Origin: an uncultured Muribaculaceae bacterium
GTDB lineage: Bacteria > Bacillota_I > Bacilli_A > RF39 > UBA660
Assembly: GCA_964430695.1 (NCBI GenBank)
Contig: CAYSFO010000005.1
Location: 1 to 51,172 of the forward strand
DNA: 51,172 nucleotides
Direction: 5' to 3'
Shown: piece after piece, positions 19,964-29,880 of the stretch
Position numbering within the stretch: position 1 is the stretch's first letter
Layout: every line of letters begins with the position of its first letter
The notes under the pieces: model-generated
Seen by the model: the letters and a program-made list of their open reading frames with translations, nothing else
Databases searched by the model: none
What the model was told of the DNA's origin: nothing
Translations under genes and position numbers: made by a program

Positions 19964-20101
19964 GTATGTGTTTCTAACGATTATAAAAAATTGTCTAAAC
20001 AAATTTTCAAAATTGAAATACTCTTTTACTCAAATTTATGAAAAATTTACTAAAATAACTTTATTTTTTCCATTTAGTACCTAAATTTGGATTCCAAAAG
20101 A

Positions 20102-20614
20102 CTATACTATTATATTATTATATACATTGCATTTTTCTTCTAATAATTTAAAATTACAACATCTTTTAGCAATATTTGAATTTAATGTACCATCTATATA
20201 TTTATTATATAATTTTTTAGATCTGCCATATAATTTTTCATCATTACGATTTAACCAATAGATTTGTTCTTTTAATAATTTTGTATATTTTTCCTCTGAT
20301 TTAGTTAAACACTCTTTATTTAAATCTAATTTAATAATATTATTTTCAGTAACTGGGAGCATATTATTAAAATTAATTGCACCTAATTTACCCTTATCTA
20401 TCTTTAAAAAGTCTAATTTAGATTTTAATTTCAAATGCTTTGGCTTAGGACTTGATAAAGGTGCAAAATATTTACAATTATTAACTTCAAATAATACACC
20501 CACAAATGGTCTTAATTCTTTTTCATTGTAATTATAGGGAACTTTATCATCAAATTTTCTTAAATAATTACAATATTCTGTATCTAATTTAACTAAAATT
20601 AAGGAATCTTTCAT
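20102..20614 (-). CDS. Type III toxin-antitoxin endoribonuclease (ToxN/AbiQ family)
   Basis: Y..YLRKFD.KVP, RPFVGVL, YFAPLSSPKPKH, LGAINFNNMLPV, CNFKLLEEKC; repeat array and terminator upstream. Confidence 0.95.
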   Translation of the reverse strand: MKDSLILVKLDTEYCNYLRKFDDKVPYNYNEKELRPFVGVLFEVNNCKYFAPLSSPKPKHLKLKSKLDFLKIDKGKLGAINFNNMLPVTENNIIKLDLNKECLTKSEEKYTKLLKEQIYWLNRNDEKLYGRSKKLYNKYIDGTLNSNIAKRCCNFKLLEEKCNVYNNIIV

Positions 20615-20644
20615 GCTATCACCTTCAATAACTAATATATACTA

Positions 20645-20680
20645 AAAAGCATAATAAAACTAGAGTGTGCTCTCTAGTTT
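20645..20680 (-). terminator. Terminator between antitoxin array and toxin
   Basis: Minus strand AAACTAGAG-agcaca-CTCTAGTTT followed by TATTATGCTTTT. Confidence 0.85.
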
Positions 20681-20792
20681 CTTTTTTAAGTTCACTGTTA
20701 TGGCCGGAATCGCCGCTTTTTTAAGTTCCTGTCAAAGCCGGAATCGCTTCTTTTTTAAGTTCCTCTTATAGTGGGAATCACTAGCTTTTTTT
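20681..20792 (-). ncRNA. Type III antitoxin RNA (ToxI-like): three 34-35 nt repeats plus a partial repeat
   Basis: Units at 20681-20715, 20716-20749 and 20750-20784 each end GAACUUAAAAAAG in RNA sense, and each can fold as an H-type pseudoknot. Confidence 0.93.
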
Positions 20793-20853
20793 ATTGCCAT
20801 AAGGCATTATTAGTATATGCATTTCTGCACAACATAATCACTTATGTGCTAAT

Positions 20854-20882
20854 AATATAACATAAAATAGTAATCTTGTCCA
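20854..20882 (-). promoter_or_regulatory. Sigma-A promoter of the TA operon
   Basis: Minus strand TGGACA-17 bp-TATATT with an extended TG. Confidence 0.7.
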
Positions 20883-20945
20883 TTATTTTGTACACTTTTT
20901 ATTATCTACATAATAATGTAATTTTATATAAATGTAAACAAAAAA

Positions 20946-20974
20946 TTTACAGTAAGTATGTTTAATGATATAAT
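20946..20974 (+). promoter_or_regulatory. Sigma-A promoter
   Basis: TTTACA-17 bp-TATAAT with an extended TG. Confidence 0.7.
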
Positions 20975-21001
20975 GGGCATATATTAATTAAGGAGGAACA
21001 T

Positions 21002-21649
21002 ATGGAAAATAAGATAATGAGTAAAACCTTTTTATGGATGTTTTTAGGTTTATTGGTGACTTTTGTTACTGGATTTGCAGTTTCAAACAATGAAACAATG
21101 ATAATAAATATTTATAAAAATTCAACCTACTTTATTTTATGTATTGTAGAGTTAATACTAGTTATTTTCTTGTCAGCAAAAGTAAGAACAATGGGGAAAA
21201 ATGTAGCTCGAATAACATTTTTGTTATATAGTTTTATGACAGGCTTATCCTTATCATCTATATTTATTGTATATCAGTTGAATTCCATTATTTATGTATT
21301 TTTAATTGCAGCTGTTATTTTCTTACTCTTTGGATGTATTGGATACTATACAAAATTAGATTTAACTAAGATAGGAACATATTTACTAATGGCACTTGCT
21401 GCAGTAATCATCTGTTTAATCATCAATGTTTTTGTTGGTAGTGAAAAATTTGATATTGCTCTTTCCATTATTAGTATTTTCGTATTTATTGGTTTTACTG
21501 CCTATGATGTACAAAAAATAAAAAGACTATCCGAAGATGGTGATATTCCAGAAGATAACTTAAGTATTGTAGGAGCATTAAATTTATATTTAGACTACAT
21601 TAATATTTTCTTAGACTTATTAAGATTATTTGGAAACTCTAAAGATTAA
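21002..21649 (+). CDS. Bax inhibitor-1/YccA family membrane protein
   Basis: About seven TM segments; TAYDVQKIK and ALNLYLDYINIFLDLLRLFG. Confidence 0.95.
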   Translation: MENKIMSKTFLWMFLGLLVTFVTGFAVSNNETMIINIYKNSTYFILCIVELILVIFLSAKVRTMGKNVARITFLLYSFMTGLSLSSIFIVYQLNSIIYVFLIAAVIFLLFGCIGYYTKLDLTKIGTYLLMALAAVIICLIINVFVGSEKFDIALSIISIFVFIGFTAYDVQKIKRLSEDGDIPEDNLSIVGALNLYLDYINIFLDLLRLFGNSKD

Positions 21650-21665
21650 AAAAGTTTTAAAAATG

Positions 21666-21688
21666 AAAAAGACCTTGAGTCTTTTTTT
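21666..21688 (+). terminator. Intrinsic terminator
   Basis: AAAAAGAC-cttga-GTCTTTTTTT. Confidence 0.7.
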
Positions 21689-21752
21689 AGTTGAACTTGC
21701 TATTTTAAAAAATTGTGTTATTATAAATTCTGTTTAAATGAAGGGGATATGT

Positions 21753-22928
21753 ATGAAAGAATTTTTAATGAGAGCAAGAATTATATTAGCTGCCTTAGGT
21801 ATGGTTTGTCTTACTTCTTCTGATGGAGAATACATTATAAACGAGGAAAACAACTCTTTAGAAGCAGATTATGATGACAAATTAGAAAATAGCATTTTAG
21901 AACAAAAACGAGAACAATTAATAAATACATGCAATTTAGGAGTTACCACTGCTGTGCAAATTGTGAAAGACATGCAAGAAGAAGCAGCTTCGAAAATAGA
22001 AACCAAAGATATTGTAATAAGTGCAGTAGGAGATTGTACATTAGGAACAGATACCCATTTTGGTTATGACAGAGGTTTTACGAATGTACTAGACGATAAT
22101 AATAGAGATTTTAGTTATTTCTTTAGTGGCGTATACGACATTCTTTCTAAAGACGATTTATCAATTGCTAATTTAGAAGGACCTTTTACTTTGGCAGATG
22201 AAGGATATCGTGTTGAAAAGAAATTTAATTTTAAAGGTGATTTAGATTATACTAATATCCTAACAGAGGGAAGTATAGAAGCTGTCAATTTAGCCAATAA
22301 CCATACATATGACTATGGAGAAAAAGGGTATCAAGATACTCTTGATATACTTACAAATGCAAATATTCCTTATTTTGGGTACGACAATTATGCAATTTTA
22401 GATGTAAAAGGAACTAAAATAGGCTTAGCTGGAATTACTGGTTGGGATGAAGGAACGGCCAAAAATAATACCAAAAAAGCGATTGAACATTTTCATGAAG
22501 AAAATACAGATTTAATTATAATTAGTTATCACTGGGGAATTGAAAGAGAATACCTTCAAAATGCTGGACAAGAAAATATTGCTAGATATGCAATCGATGA
22601 AGGTGCCGATTTAGTACTAGGACATCATCCTCATGTTTTACAAGGGGTTGAAAATTATAACGGAAAATATATCGTTTATTCTTTAGGTAATTTCGTTTTT
22701 GGTGGAAACAGAAATCCGAGTGATAAAGATACAATGATTTTTCAAATAACGTTTCATTATGAAGATGGAGAATTAACAGATACTTCTATTCATATTATCC
22801 CATGTTCTTTATCTAGCCAACAAGATCGAAATGATTATAGGCCTATCCCACTAGAAGGGGAAGAATTAAGAAGAGTATTAGAAAAAATAAAAGATAGTAG
22901 TCCAAATTTAGAGGAAGAAATAGAATAA
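21753..22928 (+). CDS. CapA/PgsA family metallophosphatase-fold protein, exported
   Basis: AVGD, NLE, LANNHTYDYG, HWG.E, GHHPHVLQ, YSLGNFVF. ATG 21753 follows SD AAGGGG. Confidence 0.93.
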   Translation: MKEFLMRARIILAALGMVCLTSSDGEYIINEENNSLEADYDDKLENSILEQKREQLINTCNLGVTTAVQIVKDMQEEAASKIETKDIVISAVGDCTLGTDTHFGYDRGFTNVLDDNNRDFSYFFSGVYDILSKDDLSIANLEGPFTLADEGYRVEKKFNFKGDLDYTNILTEGSIEAVNLANNHTYDYGEKGYQDTLDILTNANIPYFGYDNYAILDVKGTKIGLAGITGWDEGTAKNNTKKAIEHFHEENTDLIIISYHWGIEREYLQNAGQENIARYAIDEGADLVLGHHPHVLQGVENYNGKYIVYSLGNFVFGGNRNPSDKDTMIFQITFHYEDGELTDTSIHIIPCSLSSQQDRNDYRPIPLEGEELRRVLEKIKDSSPNLEEEIE

Positions 22929-22960
22929 AATATGTTAATATATGAATATAGGTGAACTTT

Positions 22961-23662
22961 ATGAAGATAAATATAATAGAATATGCCACTTTAATAATGC
23001 ATTTAAAATTACATGGATTAGATGAGAAAAAAAGTATTGAATATGAATATATATCAGCCCCTTTAACAAATTTAGATAAATTTACTCTTTCTTATCTAAG
23101 TGCCCATGAATTTTTTAAACAAGAAAAAGAAAAGGTATTAAATGAGCTATCAAAAGAAAAAGTAATGGAAAAATACGATATCAAAATAGCACCTGTAGAT
23201 ATTGAAATGGAAAAAGTTTTTATTAAAACAGATGAGAAAAACCTCTGGGCTCTTTTTCAAAATATTTTATATAAAGAAGAGATGATAAATTTAGAAAATC
23301 TTATAAAACAAATGATGTTAAATGGAACATTATATAATGTCTACCTATGTGATAAAATAAGACAACAAAACCCCGAATATGAATCTATTTTTAATGGATG
23401 TGATGAACCATGGTTATTTGCAATAGAAGTAGCTTTAGATAACGAAAGTATTATAGAAAAGGTTTGGAATAGCTTAAAAAAACAAAAAAGATTTTATAGC
23501 ATCATACGTTTTCTTTTAGTTTTAGAACCATTATCTACAATGGAAGAAAAGTTTAATAAAACCGTACCTTTAGTAGACAATCCATATAAAAAAGCAGAAG
23601 AACAAAATAAACGAAGTAGAAATATAATGCCTGAAATTAGAACACCATACAAAGAGGAATAA
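22961..23662 (+). CDS. Hypothetical protein
   Basis: Long Glu/Lys-rich ORF; ATG 22961 follows SD AGGTGA; no recognisable motif. Confidence 0.7.
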   Translation: MKINIIEYATLIMHLKLHGLDEKKSIEYEYISAPLTNLDKFTLSYLSAHEFFKQEKEKVLNELSKEKVMEKYDIKIAPVDIEMEKVFIKTDEKNLWALFQNILYKEEMINLENLIKQMMLNGTLYNVYLCDKIRQQNPEYESIFNGCDEPWLFAIEVALDNESIIEKVWNSLKKQKRFYSIIRFLLVLEPLSTMEEKFNKTVPLVDNPYKKAEEQNKRSRNIMPEIRTPYKEE

Positions 23663-23708
23663 TACATGAAATTAAGAATATTTTTATATAAAGCAGAAAA
23701 TAAAAGCA

Positions 23709-23737
23709 TTTACATAAAATGCTTTTTCTGTTATAAT
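23709..23737 (+). promoter_or_regulatory. rpsF operon promoter
   Basis: TTTACA-17-TATAAT with TG; overlapped by the AAAAGCATTT/AAATGCTTTT hairpin. Confidence 0.75.
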
Positions 23738-23757
23738 CTAGAGCGAGTATGAATTTA

Positions 23758-23804
23758 CTCCTTGCTTTAAAGAAATTTTAAAGCCAAATAGACCATAAGG
23801 AGGT
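23758..23804 (+). ncRNA. S6:S18 ribosomal protein leader (cis-regulatory RNA)
   Basis: CTCCTT pairs with SD AAGGAG; inner hairpin GCTTTAAA/TTTAAAGC; unpaired CCA before the SD, as in the Bacillus rpsF leader. Confidence 0.8.
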
Positions 23805-23812
23805 GTAGAATA

Positions 23813-24103
23813 ATGAAAAAATATGAAATCATGTTTATCGTTAAATCTGCTCAAGAAAGTAGTGAAATTAAAGCATCTGCAGAAGCAATGAAAAAAATCA
23901 TTACTGAAAACAAAGGCAAAGTTGTTGAATTTAACGAACTTGGAGAAAAAAAGTTAGCGTATGCAATCAAAAAAGAAATTAGCGGTTACTATTATGTAAT
24001 GGTTGTTGAAGCTAATAATAATGCAATTAGTGAGCTTAATCGTAAAGCTTCTATTAACGAAAATATTTTAAGACATCTAATCATTAGATTAGACGAGGAG
24101 TAG
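23813..24103 (+). CDS. rpsF: 30S ribosomal protein S6
   Basis: MKKYEIMFI, GEKKLAYAIKK, ILRHLII. Confidence 0.98.
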   Translation: MKKYEIMFIVKSAQESSEIKASAEAMKKIITENKGKVVEFNELGEKKLAYAIKKEISGYYYVMVVEANNNAISELNRKASINENILRHLIIRLDEE

Positions 24104-24106
24104 AGA

Positions 24107-24571
24107 ATGAATAAAGTAATTTTAATTGGTAGACTTACAAGAGATCCAGAAATGCGTACAACTGCAAGTGGTACAACAGTAACAAGATTTACATTGGCTG
24201 TTACTCGTACTTACCAAGATCAAAATGGGGAAAGAGGAGCAGACTTTATTAACTGTGTTGCATGGCGTAGACAAGCAGAAAATATTGCAAAATATTGTAC
24301 AAAAGGGACCCAAGTAGCAGTTGATGGAAGAATCCAAACTGGAAGCTATGATGGACAAGATGGAACAAAGAGATATACAACAGATATCATCTGCGATAAT
24401 GTTACATTTTTAGGTTCAAAAAATAGTGATAATACAAGTTATAGTGGTAACACAAATAATAACTATAATAACGAACCTCCACAAGATATGCCAACTTCAG
24501 ACATATCTGAAGATCCATTTAAAGACTTTGGAGAAGAAATAGCATTAAGCGATGATGATTTACCATTCTAA
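24107..24571 (+). CDS. ssb: Single-stranded DNA-binding protein
   Basis: MNKVILIGRLTRDPE and C-terminal DDDLPF. Confidence 0.99.
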   Translation: MNKVILIGRLTRDPEMRTTASGTTVTRFTLAVTRTYQDQNGERGADFINCVAWRRQAENIAKYCTKGTQVAVDGRIQTGSYDGQDGTKRYTTDIICDNVTFLGSKNSDNTSYSGNTNNNYNNEPPQDMPTSDISEDPFKDFGEEIALSDDDLPF

Positions 24572-24588
24572 GAAAGGAGAAAATTTAA

Positions 24589-24804
24589 ATGGCTGAATTT
24601 CGTAGAAAAAAGAAAAAAATATGCCAAATGTGTGCAGGAAAAAGTGTTGATTACAAAGATGTAATGATTATTAATAAATATATAAATGAAAAAGGTAAAA
24701 TCATGCCTAGACGTATGACCGGAGCATGTGCAAAACATCAAAGACATATTGCTGAACAAATTAAACATGCAAGATTTATGGCATTAATACCATTTGTTAA
24801 ATAA
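24589..24804 (+). CDS. rpsR: 30S ribosomal protein S18, zinc-binding form
   Basis: CQMC, VDYKD, GKIMPRRMTGACAKHQR. Confidence 0.98.
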   Translation: MAEFRRKKKKICQMCAGKSVDYKDVMIINKYINEKGKIMPRRMTGACAKHQRHIAEQIKHARFMALIPFVK

Positions 24805-24812
24805 TGTATATT

Positions 24813-24836
24813 AAGCACTCAAATTGAGTGTTTTTT
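24813..24836 (+). terminator. Terminator after rpsR
   Basis: AAGCACTCA-aat-TGAGTGTTTTTT. Confidence 0.85.
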
Positions 24837-24890
24837 GTTTGAACTTTAAAGATTGCATTTTAATTGATTTATGTTAGAATAACTTTCGTG

Positions 24891-25727
24891 ATGAATATGG
24901 ACCGAATAAATGGCTATCGAATAATTGATGATTATAAGTATTTAACTCAAACGGAAGGCAACAGACATACGGTTTTAAAATTAACAGATGGAAAAATAGA
25001 CCATTTTTTTAAAATGGTTGATTTGGCAGAACGATATAAAGAACTATTTTTCTCAATGCTTTTAAATGAAAGAGGAGTGGATACGGTTCAAATTGATTTT
25101 GCAAAGTATAATGGACAATTTGGAATTGTCTCTCCAAGCTATAATTTAAATAAAGAAGTAAAACCATTAAGTGAAATTATTGAACAATACAAAAATTTAG
25201 AAATGTATGAAAATAAAAAGGTCTTTAATGTAAAAACAGTAAATGAAATTTTATACTTATTTTCAATACAAGAAAAATGTGCACATACATCATTACAAAA
25301 AGAATTATTTTTTAAATTTATAATGCAAATCCTTTTAGGAAACAGTGACTTAAACTCTAATAATATTGAAATAATAATAGGTAACAGATTAACATTATCT
25401 CCTTTTTATGGTTTTGAAAATTGTGGTGTAATAGATTTGAAGGAAACTTCTTTTTATAATGGTTATATGTTTGGTTATAACCAAAATGCTGAAGACTTTG
25501 AATCAGCGGCAACTACAATTAAAAAATTGTTGCAAATTGGATCTAAAACAGAAATAGAAACCTTTAAAGACTGGTTAGAACATATGAAAGCCGCAAATAC
25601 GAATAAAATTATTAAGATGAGTGAAGAAAAAATAGAAAAAAGAATACCTAAAGATATAAAATTGCAATTGGTGCGTGAATATAAAACGAATCTTCAAAAT
25701 GTTGATTCTATAGTAAAAGGAAAATAG
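24891..25727 (+). CDS. HipA/CtkA-like kinase-fold protein with degenerate catalytic motifs
   Basis: FFK...KELF, GIVS, ILLGNSDLNSNN and LSPFYGF. Promoter TTGCAT(24853)-16-TAGAAT(24875) overlaps the ORF-track TTG start, so ATG 24891 or 24897 is the likelier start. Confidence 0.65.
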   Translation: MNMDRINGYRIIDDYKYLTQTEGNRHTVLKLTDGKIDHFFKMVDLAERYKELFFSMLLNERGVDTVQIDFAKYNGQFGIVSPSYNLNKEVKPLSEIIEQYKNLEMYENKKVFNVKTVNEILYLFSIQEKCAHTSLQKELFFKFIMQILLGNSDLNSNNIEIIIGNRLTLSPFYGFENCGVIDLKETSFYNGYMFGYNQNAEDFESAATTIKKLLQIGSKTEIETFKDWLEHMKAANTNKIIKMSEEKIEKRIPKDIKLQLVREYKTNLQNVDSIVKGK

Positions 25728-25735
25728 AAATTTCA

Positions 25736-25764
25736 TTGATATATAAGACTTTTACATGTATAAT
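25736..25764 (+). promoter_or_regulatory. rplI-dnaB operon promoter
   Basis: TTGATA-17-TATAAT. Confidence 0.7.
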
Positions 25765-25791
25765 AGGTAATGATTGGAGGAATAGGACAAA

Positions 25792-26238
25792 ATGAAAGTT
25801 ATCTTATTAAAAGACGTAAAAAAGCAAGGAAAGAAAGATGACATTTTAGAAGTCAGCGATGGCTATGCCAATAACTATCTTATAAAAAATAAGCTTGCTG
25901 TTCCGTATTCTAAGAAAAGTAAAGAAGTACTGGAAACAGAATTAGAAAATCGTCGTATTGATGAACAAAATGAAGTAGCTGCATGTAAAAAATTAGCAGC
26001 AGAACTAGAAAAAAAAGAGCTTATTTTTGAACTAAAATCTGGAAATTCTGGTAAAACTTTTGGATCTGTTTCTTCCAAACAAATCAATGAAGAATTAAAA
26101 AAATTTGGATTTAATATCGATAAGAAATGCATTCATTTAGATACTGCTTTAGATTCTTTGGGGATGCATTTCGTAGAGATAGAATTACATAAACAAGTAA
26201 AATGTAATATAAAAGTACATATAAAAGAAAAAAAGTAA
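25792..26238 (+). CDS. rplI: 50S ribosomal protein L9
   Basis: [31 protein letters not shown]. Confidence 0.98.
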   Translation: MKVILLKDVKKQGKKDDILEVSDGYANNYLIKNKLAVPYSKKSKEVLETELENRRIDEQNEVAACKKLAAELEKKELIFELKSGNSGKTFGSVSSKQINEELKKFGFNIDKKCIHLDTALDSLGMHFVEIELHKQVKCNIKVHIKEKK

Positions 26239-26251
26239 GAAGGTGAAAGGT

Positions 26252-27604
26252 ATGGCAGTAAAACAAATGCCCCAAAACAACGAAGCCGAGATGAGTGTCT
26301 TAGGTACATGTTTTTTAAGCAAACAAGCTCTTGAAAAAGTTTGTGAAGAAGTAGATGGCAGCATGTTTTACAATGATGCCAATAAAAAAATCTTCGAAGC
26401 TTTATTAGAACTATATAAAACAAATACACCTATTGATAGTACAACGGTAAAAGATGAATTAGATAAACAAAAAAATTTGAACGCTATCGGTGGTTTAGAA
26501 TACATAAGTGAAGTCATTGATTCTGTAGCAACTATTGCCAATTTAGATTCTTATATCAAAATAATTAAAGAAAAATCGGTTCGCCGAAAATTAATTGATA
26601 CTGCAACCGATATTATTACGGAAACGTATGAAGAAGAAAAAGACTTAGCATTAGTATTGGATGGCGCAGAAAAGAAAGTTTTAGATGTTGCTCGTGCAAG
26701 AACAACAAGCGAGTTTACTCCAATTAGTGAAGCTTTAAGGCATGCCCAAGAAAATTTAGAAAAGATGGCGAAAAACAAAAGCGCTATCACAGGGCTAGAA
26801 ACGGGATTTTATGATTTAGATAAAGCAACGAGTGGGTTACATGAAGGAGAACTAATTATCATCGCCGCTCGTCCTGGTATGGGAAAAACATCCTTTGCTC
26901 TAAATTTGGCAACCAATGCAGCATTCACAACAGACAAAGCCATTGCTGTATTTAACCTAGAAATGAGTGCTGAACAATTAGTAAATCGTATGATTAGTGC
27001 CGTAGGAAGTATTGAAGGAGACAAACTAAAAACAGGGATGTTAAACCATACGGATTGGAAAAAATACAATGAAGCAATGAGTCAACTTGCAGATACAAAT
27101 ATTTATATTGAAGATAATGCATCAATTACTTCTGCTGAAATAAAAGCAAAATGTAGAAGATTAGCAAATAGTGAAAAAGGCTTGGCTTTAGTAGTAATCG
27201 ATTACTTACAGTTAGTTACAACAGGTGGAAGAACTGAATCTCGTCAAGTAGAAGTTTCTGATATCTCTCGTGCATTTAAAACAATGGCCATGGAATTAAA
27301 AGTTCCTGTAATTGCTTTAGCACAATTATCACGTAATGCAGAACGACGTGAAACCAATCAACCAAGACTTGCTGATTTACGTGAATCTGGTTCTATCGAA
27401 CAAGATGCCGATTTAGTTATGTTTTTAAATCGTCAAGACTATTATGAAAACAAAACTGCTGAAAATAAAGCAACCATTGTACCTGTTGATTTAATCATTG
27501 CAAAACATAGACGTGGTTCAACAGGCTTATTCCAAGTATTATTTGAATTAGATAAGAGTTGTTTTAAAAATTATTTAAAAACAGAAAAAGAAGAGGTATT
27601 TTAA
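26252..27604 (+). CDS. dnaB: Replicative DNA helicase
   Basis: AARPGMGKT, IDYLQL, LAQLSR, DLRESGSIEQDAD. Confidence 0.99.
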   Translation: MAVKQMPQNNEAEMSVLGTCFLSKQALEKVCEEVDGSMFYNDANKKIFEALLELYKTNTPIDSTTVKDELDKQKNLNAIGGLEYISEVIDSVATIANLDSYIKIIKEKSVRRKLIDTATDIITETYEEEKDLALVLDGAEKKVLDVARARTTSEFTPISEALRHAQENLEKMAKNKSAITGLETGFYDLDKATSGLHEGELIIIAARPGMGKTSFALNLATNAAFTTDKAIAVFNLEMSAEQLVNRMISAVGSIEGDKLKTGMLNHTDWKKYNEAMSQLADTNIYIEDNASITSAEIKAKCRRLANSEKGLALVVIDYLQLVTTGGRTESRQVEVSDISRAFKTMAMELKVPVIALAQLSRNAERRETNQPRLADLRESGSIEQDADLVMFLNRQDYYENKTAENKATIVPVDLIIAKHRRGSTGLFQVLFELDKSCFKNYLKTEKEEVF

Positions 27605-27619
27605 AAAGGGTGATTCCAT

Positions 27620-29119
27620 TTGAAAAAAAATGATTTAATAAAAACGATTATAATTACAAGTATTATTGGAATTCTTTTTCTAATTGTTGGAATAAGAGAA
27701 CGTAATTATAATCAGGCTGAAAAAGTGTATCAAGTCTATTTACATGGCTATAAATTAGGATTAATTAAAAGTAGTGAAGAATTATATGCTTTAATTAATG
27801 AAGAACAAAAAGATATTAAAGATACTTATGAGGTATCTACCGTATACCCACCAAATGGTTTTGAAATCAAAGAATGTCAAACCTATAGTGAAAATATTAT
27901 CAGTGCTAAAGAAATTTATGAAAAAATCAAAGACGAAGATGATTTTACAATAGAAGGATATACAATCAAAATTAAATTTGATGAAGAAGAAAAAGAAGAT
28001 ATCATATTGTATGTTCTAAATCGAGAAATATTTGAAGAAGCGATTAAAAGTGTAGTCACTGCATTCGTTGATGAAAAAGATTTTAAAAACTATATAAATA
28101 ATGAACAAGAAGCCATTGATGATGTAGGTCAAATTATTGAAAAAATGTATTTTGAAGAAACAATAACGATTAAACCTTCCCATATTAGTGTAAATGAACA
28201 AATATTTACAGATGCCATCGAACTTACGCAATATTTGTTATTTGGTTCATCGAAAGAACAATCAAAATATACAGTAAAAGCAGGAGATACCATTCCTTCT
28301 ATTTCTGAAGACAACAAATTGAACACCCAAGAATTTTTAATTGCAAATCCCAAATATAAAAATGAATCCAGTATTTTGGCTATTGGAGAGAAAGTAAATA
28401 TTACCTTAATCAATCCCGTACTTACTTTAGTAGAAAATATTCATTCCGTAGAAGATATTGAGCAAGTTTATGATAGAGAAGTAGTATATGACGTAACAAA
28501 AAATATAAACTTTAATGAAGTAACACAAGCTGGAATTACAGGAATTTTTCGTACTACAAAGGATATACAAGTGGTAAATGGGGAACAAAATCAAGGTGTT
28601 GAAAAGATGAACACTGTCACTATTCGTGAAATTCAAAATGAAATTACAACAAGAGGTGGTTCAAGACCAACAGGAAATTACGTCGATAATGGAAAAATAT
28701 GGGGATGGCCAACGAATCGTCCATATGTTATCACTTCTGGGTTTGACTGGCGTTGGGGTTCTTTCCATAACGCGATTGATATTTCTGGAACCGGTTTAGG
28801 ATCTCCAATCTATGCCTCACGTGATGGTGTAATTGCTGAAACCAATAGAATTTGTCCAAATATAGGACATTATAGATCTACATGTGGAAATACATATGGA
28901 AATTACGTAATCATCGACCATAAAAATGGCTACTATACAATCTACGCCCATCTTTTACAAAATGTAAATGTAAAAGAAGGGGATACCGTGACTCGTGGTC
29001 AAGTGATTGGGTTTATGGGAAGTAGTGGATCTTCTACAGGTACTCACTTACACTTCGGCGTTTCAAAAGGATTCCCTAACCAAGGAACTTGGTTAAACCC
29101 ATGGAGTTTGTTCAGATAA
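27620..29119 (+). CDS. LysM + G5 + M23 peptidoglycan endopeptidase
   Basis: N-terminal TM, LysM YTVKAGDT...ANP, M23 motifs HNAID and GTHLHF. Confidence 0.92.
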   Translation: MKKNDLIKTIIITSIIGILFLIVGIRERNYNQAEKVYQVYLHGYKLGLIKSSEELYALINEEQKDIKDTYEVSTVYPPNGFEIKECQTYSENIISAKEIYEKIKDEDDFTIEGYTIKIKFDEEEKEDIILYVLNREIFEEAIKSVVTAFVDEKDFKNYINNEQEAIDDVGQIIEKMYFEETITIKPSHISVNEQIFTDAIELTQYLLFGSSKEQSKYTVKAGDTIPSISEDNKLNTQEFLIANPKYKNESSILAIGEKVNITLINPVLTLVENIHSVEDIEQVYDREVVYDVTKNINFNEVTQAGITGIFRTTKDIQVVNGEQNQGVEKMNTVTIREIQNEITTRGGSRPTGNYVDNGKIWGWPTNRPYVITSGFDWRWGSFHNAIDISGTGLGSPIYASRDGVIAETNRICPNIGHYRSTCGNTYGNYVIIDHKNGYYTIYAHLLQNVNVKEGDTVTRGQVIGFMGSSGSSTGTHLHFGVSKGFPNQGTWLNPWSLFR

Positions 29120-29880
29120 TGCGTGTTGTAGTATTAGCAAGTGGTTCCGAAGGAAATGCCACCTATATTGAAACCGAAGAAACAAAAATTTTAATTGACC
29201 TTGGAAAAAATGCCAAATATATTAAAGAAAAATTAGAAAGTATAAATGTATGTCCTCAAGAAATTAATTATATTCTAATAAGCCATACCCATAAAGACCA
29301 TACGAGTGCTTTAAAAACATTTATTAATCGCTATAAAACAACCGTTTTATTAAGCCAGCAAATGTTTTATGAATTAGAGGAAGTTAAAGAATATGAAAAT
29401 AGTATCATTTATGAAGAGGATATCTATTTAAAAGACATTAAAATAAAGGCGATAAAATCTTCCCATGATGCTCCTGATGCTAGAAATTTTGTGATTGAAC
29501 ATAAAGGAAAATCTATTGTTTACGTTACAGATACAGGATATGTAAATCGTAAATATTTTGAAATATTAAAAGATAAAGAAATTTATTTATTTGAAAGCAA
29601 TCATGATATTGAAATGCTTTTAAATGGCCCTTATCCAAAATGGTTAAAAACACGTGTTGTGGGAAGCTACGGGCACTTATCCAATAAAGATTCTTCCTTT
29701 TATCTAAGTAAGTTAATTGGAAGCCATACCCAAAAAATAGTGTTAATGCATCTAAGTCAAATCAATAATACCGAAGAAAAAGCATTGGATATGATTCATG
29801 AAACTTTCAAAGAATATAATATAGAATTTGATAATATCACTTGTGCCAAACAATCGGAGATTACAGAGGTAACCGTATGA
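29119..29880 (+). CDS. yycJ: YycJ/WalJ-type metallo-beta-lactamase-fold nuclease
   Basis: LASGSEGN, SHTHKDH, ESNHD, GHLSN, HLS; TAATG coupling; lies upstream of rlmH. Confidence 0.9.
   Translation: MRVVVLASGSEGNATYIETEETKILIDLGKNAKYIKEKLESINVCPQEINYILISHTHKDHTSALKTFINRYKTTVLLSQQMFYELEEVKEYENSIIYEEDIYLKDIKIKAIKSSHDAPDARNFVIEHKGKSIVYVTDTGYVNRKYFEILKDKEIYLFESNHDIEMLLNGPYPKWLKTRVVGSYGHLSNKDSSFYLSKLIGSHTQKIVLMHLSQINNTEEKALDMIHETFKEYNIEFDNITCAKQSEITEVTV

Noticed and set aside
20681-20792. Mini CRISPR array
   Set aside because: The units are contiguous 34-35 nt repeats without unique spacers, no cas genes are present, and the promoter-repeats-terminator-ToxN layout explains them.
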